NCBI GenBank assembly: GCA_951406725.2 | Contig: OX597826.1 | Span: forward strand, 9,548,001 to 9,612,000 | DNA: 64,000 nucleotides | Direction: 5' to 3' | From: Octopus vulgaris | Taxonomy: Eukaryota | Part shown: positions 60,957 to 64,000 of the stretch, piece by piece | How the letters are laid out: every line of letters starts with the position of its first letter | Position numbering within the stretch: the first letter of the stretch is position 1 | Translations under genes and position numbers: made by a program | The notes under the pieces: generated by a model | What the model was told of the DNA's origin: nothing | Databases searched by the model: none | The model's input: the letters and a program-made list of their open reading frames with translations, nothing else

Positions 60957-62469
60957 TTAGACTTGGAATTTTTATTTAGCAAGTTGTAATTGAAATCACT
61001 TTGTACATTCACATCATGTTGTGTCACTCTGACATTCTCTCATTTAACACAATCCTTAAAATACACGGAATTTCTTTTTCCTTTCTCCTTATTCCATCTT
61101 ATAATAGCTTCCTAGTTTGTATCTGTAAACCCGTCTTAGAGATAAGGTCTCTTGGAATAAACATCTGGTCTTCCCAACACTTACAACACAACAATGCTGG
61201 AAGTGGGGCATAGAAGATGGGATGGCATTGTTTGGGGGGATGTGTGGGATCTGTATTGATAGTCATCTTTAACAAAACCAAACTTCTTACACAACGTAGA
61301 AGCTTCTAAACCCATTGATTGTCCAATAGAGGAGGACAACATTGTTGTACTTGCTTGTAATTCTTGTGCAATGACTAAGCAAAATGGTATTAGTTTTTGT
61401 TTTTTTTGCCACTGTTCTTGTCATATCAAACCAACAACCACTATAATCTAGACAAAACCATCAGCAATGAAAATAAAAATGAAAACAATAAGGAATGGAA
61501 AGACAAAATCTCTGGAATAATTCCTCATGACTGAACATTTTTATATTATTTTTGTAGAACAAGATCATGCCAGTTGTTAGTAATAATTTGTTTTGTTTTA
61601 TTTGTCTTTATTTTGCCTGTGTTATTGTTGTTGTTGTTGTTGTTACAATGAAATGATGGTATGCTTCACTTATTCTGCACAGAGTTGTGATTGTGAAGTT
61701 GCATCGCACCAGGGTAATTTATTAATTATTCTTTACAATAGCATTTGTGGATCCCTGCCACATTTTTCTTTTCTTCTTTTTTTTTTTACAAGGAAATACC
61801 TGTATTTCTTTTCTAGTACTACCACCAATACCAACCACCACCACCACCACCACACTACATCATACCAATACCAGCACCATTGTAAAGCTACACCAAACAA
61901 TGGGTATTTATTAATTATTAAGTGTTCTTGTAATAAACTTTCTGGACTTCAAACTACCCGACACCCACTCTCCCTTTTCGTTGATTGAAGAAATAGTAAC
62001 TTGTACTACTTTTATCTTGTACTACTACCAACTTGCAACAACCACAGTATGTGCCATGCCTGTACTACTGCCATCAGTACTAAGAATGCATCGCCACACA
62101 CATCAATAACATTAGGCTTAACAGACCAAAGCTACTACGTAAACAAAAACAACAACAATGACAACGACAAAGTACCATCTATGGTCGCTGGACCTATATT
62201 GCTAGAAATAGCAACTAAATCTCCCTCATGTCATACCTACCATCTTAAAAAAAAAAAGAAAGTAGCAAGAAAGACACATAGAACGGTGTGGTTCTAGATT
62301 CCCCTGAAAAATTTGTGTTGGTCATGGCTGGAATGCCTTTAGTTAGCCTGATCAGAACAGATTCAAGGGTAAGCAACCTCAGTAACTATAATAAGCCAAC
62401 AAGGAAGTCTGTACATAGTCACGTGGCTTGCTAAAAATAGCAGCCAAATTTCCTACAAATTATCTTTTA

Positions 62470-62637
62470 TTTGTTTAAGTCATTAGACTGTGGCCATGCT
62501 GGGGCACTACCTTGAAGAATTTTTTAGTCAAACTTATCAACCTCAGTCCCCTTTTCTTTTTTGTAAAGCCTAGTACTTATTCTATTGGTCTCTTTTGCTC
62601 TTTTGCCAAACTGCTAAGTTACAGGGATGTAAACACA
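62470..62637 (-). mobile_element. SINE family A tail fragment
   Basis: Sequence match. Confidence 0.7.
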
Positions 62638-63175
62638 TATTCTTGGTTAGAGGTTAGCAGGATCTGGCTAACTTGGGATTAAATGTGAACAAATATCATG
62701 AGTTAAAGAGAATGGCTTGCAGGTGGTTGCTCGCCCAGCTAGAAATAGTAGCCAAATTTCCCTTAAATCATATTTTGATGTCTTAAATAAAGTAGTGTAT
62801 ATTGAGTAATGTAGTCCTAAGTATATTGTCTCTGAAAATGAGATTAATGGTCATAGTTGGAATGCTTTTAACCATAGATCAGCTTGGACTGGCAGACCTG
62901 GACCTAGACGAGAAAAAGCATCATCATCATCATCGTCGTCATCATCAGTAATTGGTACTGTCAAATCAACAATAGAGCTTCGACCTGCTAGATATAGCAG
63001 CTATGTCCCCTTCAAATGAAACCTTCAGTAAGGGCAGGGTGGCGATGGATATATTTTTTGATGTAGTCCTGGAAAGAATCTCCTGAAATGACAGAATGGC
63101 CCTGGTTGGAGTGCCTTTGGACTTACTCATACAAAAATCAACCTGGGACTGAATAACATTAACAGCAGCCGTGTA

Positions 63176-63209
63176 ACACACACACACACACACACCACCA
63201 CCACCACCT

Positions 63210-63300
<91 letters not shown>

Positions 63301-63490
63301 CACCACCACTACTACCACTCACCCAACTGCCCCAACTAATACCACCACCACCACTACTACCACTCACCCAACTGCCCCAACTAATACCACCACCACCACC
63401 ACCACACCATCAAAGTCCCTATTACAACCCCTACAATTATTACTATCAACACATCGTCATTAGTATTACTACTACTACCACTACTACTAT
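63176..63490. repeat. (CA)n/(CCA)n/(CTA)n compound microsatellite with a duplicated ~45 bp block
   Basis: Directly visible; source of the poly-S/G/V ORFs. Confidence 0.95.
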
Positions 63491-63689
63491 GATTAATTTT
63501 TTATTTTAATTTTATTCATTCAATAATTAATTGATCGTTTTTCAAGGTTGACTATTTGATACAGTTATCAATTATGACTACCTGTTAGTTGTAGCGTGAC
63601 AAAGGTGTTAGCTATGTCTATATATGTGTGCACGTGTGTGTGTGTGTATTGCTTTTTGTGTCTGAGGATATTTATAAATGAAAGAGGCA

Positions 63690-63720
<31 letters not shown>

Positions 63721-64000
63721 AGGCACGTGTGTGTGTGTGTTTGTCAGTAAGAGACATAAGCAGGGTGTGGTCAGAGAGAACCTGTGTTTGTATGCTTGTG
63801 TGTGTGTGTGTGTGTCTTAGAGAGAGTGAAATGTGGATGTGTGAGAAAAAGAAAGCGAGAATGTGTGTATGTGTACACACATGCATGTGTGTGTGTTTGC
63901 GTGTGTGTGTCCGTGTGCATTTGTATTTACACGATTGTTTTTCTATGTGACTACACAAAGTTTACAGCTGCCACATTTGTCCGTGGACACAGGACTACGG

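Overview
AT-rich, microsatellite-dense animal genomic DNA, almost entirely intronic or intergenic. The SINE/LINE repertoire looks like that of an octopus (inference from recognition, not a database hit). No host gene can be called with confidence; most ORF-track entries are translations of simple repeats or SINEs. Main contents: a cluster of young RTE-clade LINEs at 45.9-51.8 kb (two 5'-truncated copies with intact ORFs plus an inverted 3' fragment, all in (TA)n tracts); many short 3' fragments of the same RTE; two 5'-truncated copies of a second RTE-like LINE with TSDs; fossil CR1/L2-like, RTE and R4/Dong-like fragments; several tRNA-derived SINE families; a deleted mariner; two TTAA (piggyBac-type) MITE families. 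Most notable: (1) a TSD-flanked foldback element joining a tRNA-like Pol III head to a minimal Penelope-type hammerhead ribozyme (26140-26601), with a second hammerhead-like foldback at 17555-17913; (2) a C4HC3 PHD finger inserted inside the reverse transcriptase of both RTE copies; (3) a tandem array of hairpin plus predicted H-type pseudoknot units in the RTE 3' UTR. Boundaries of degenerate repeats are approximate, read by eye.
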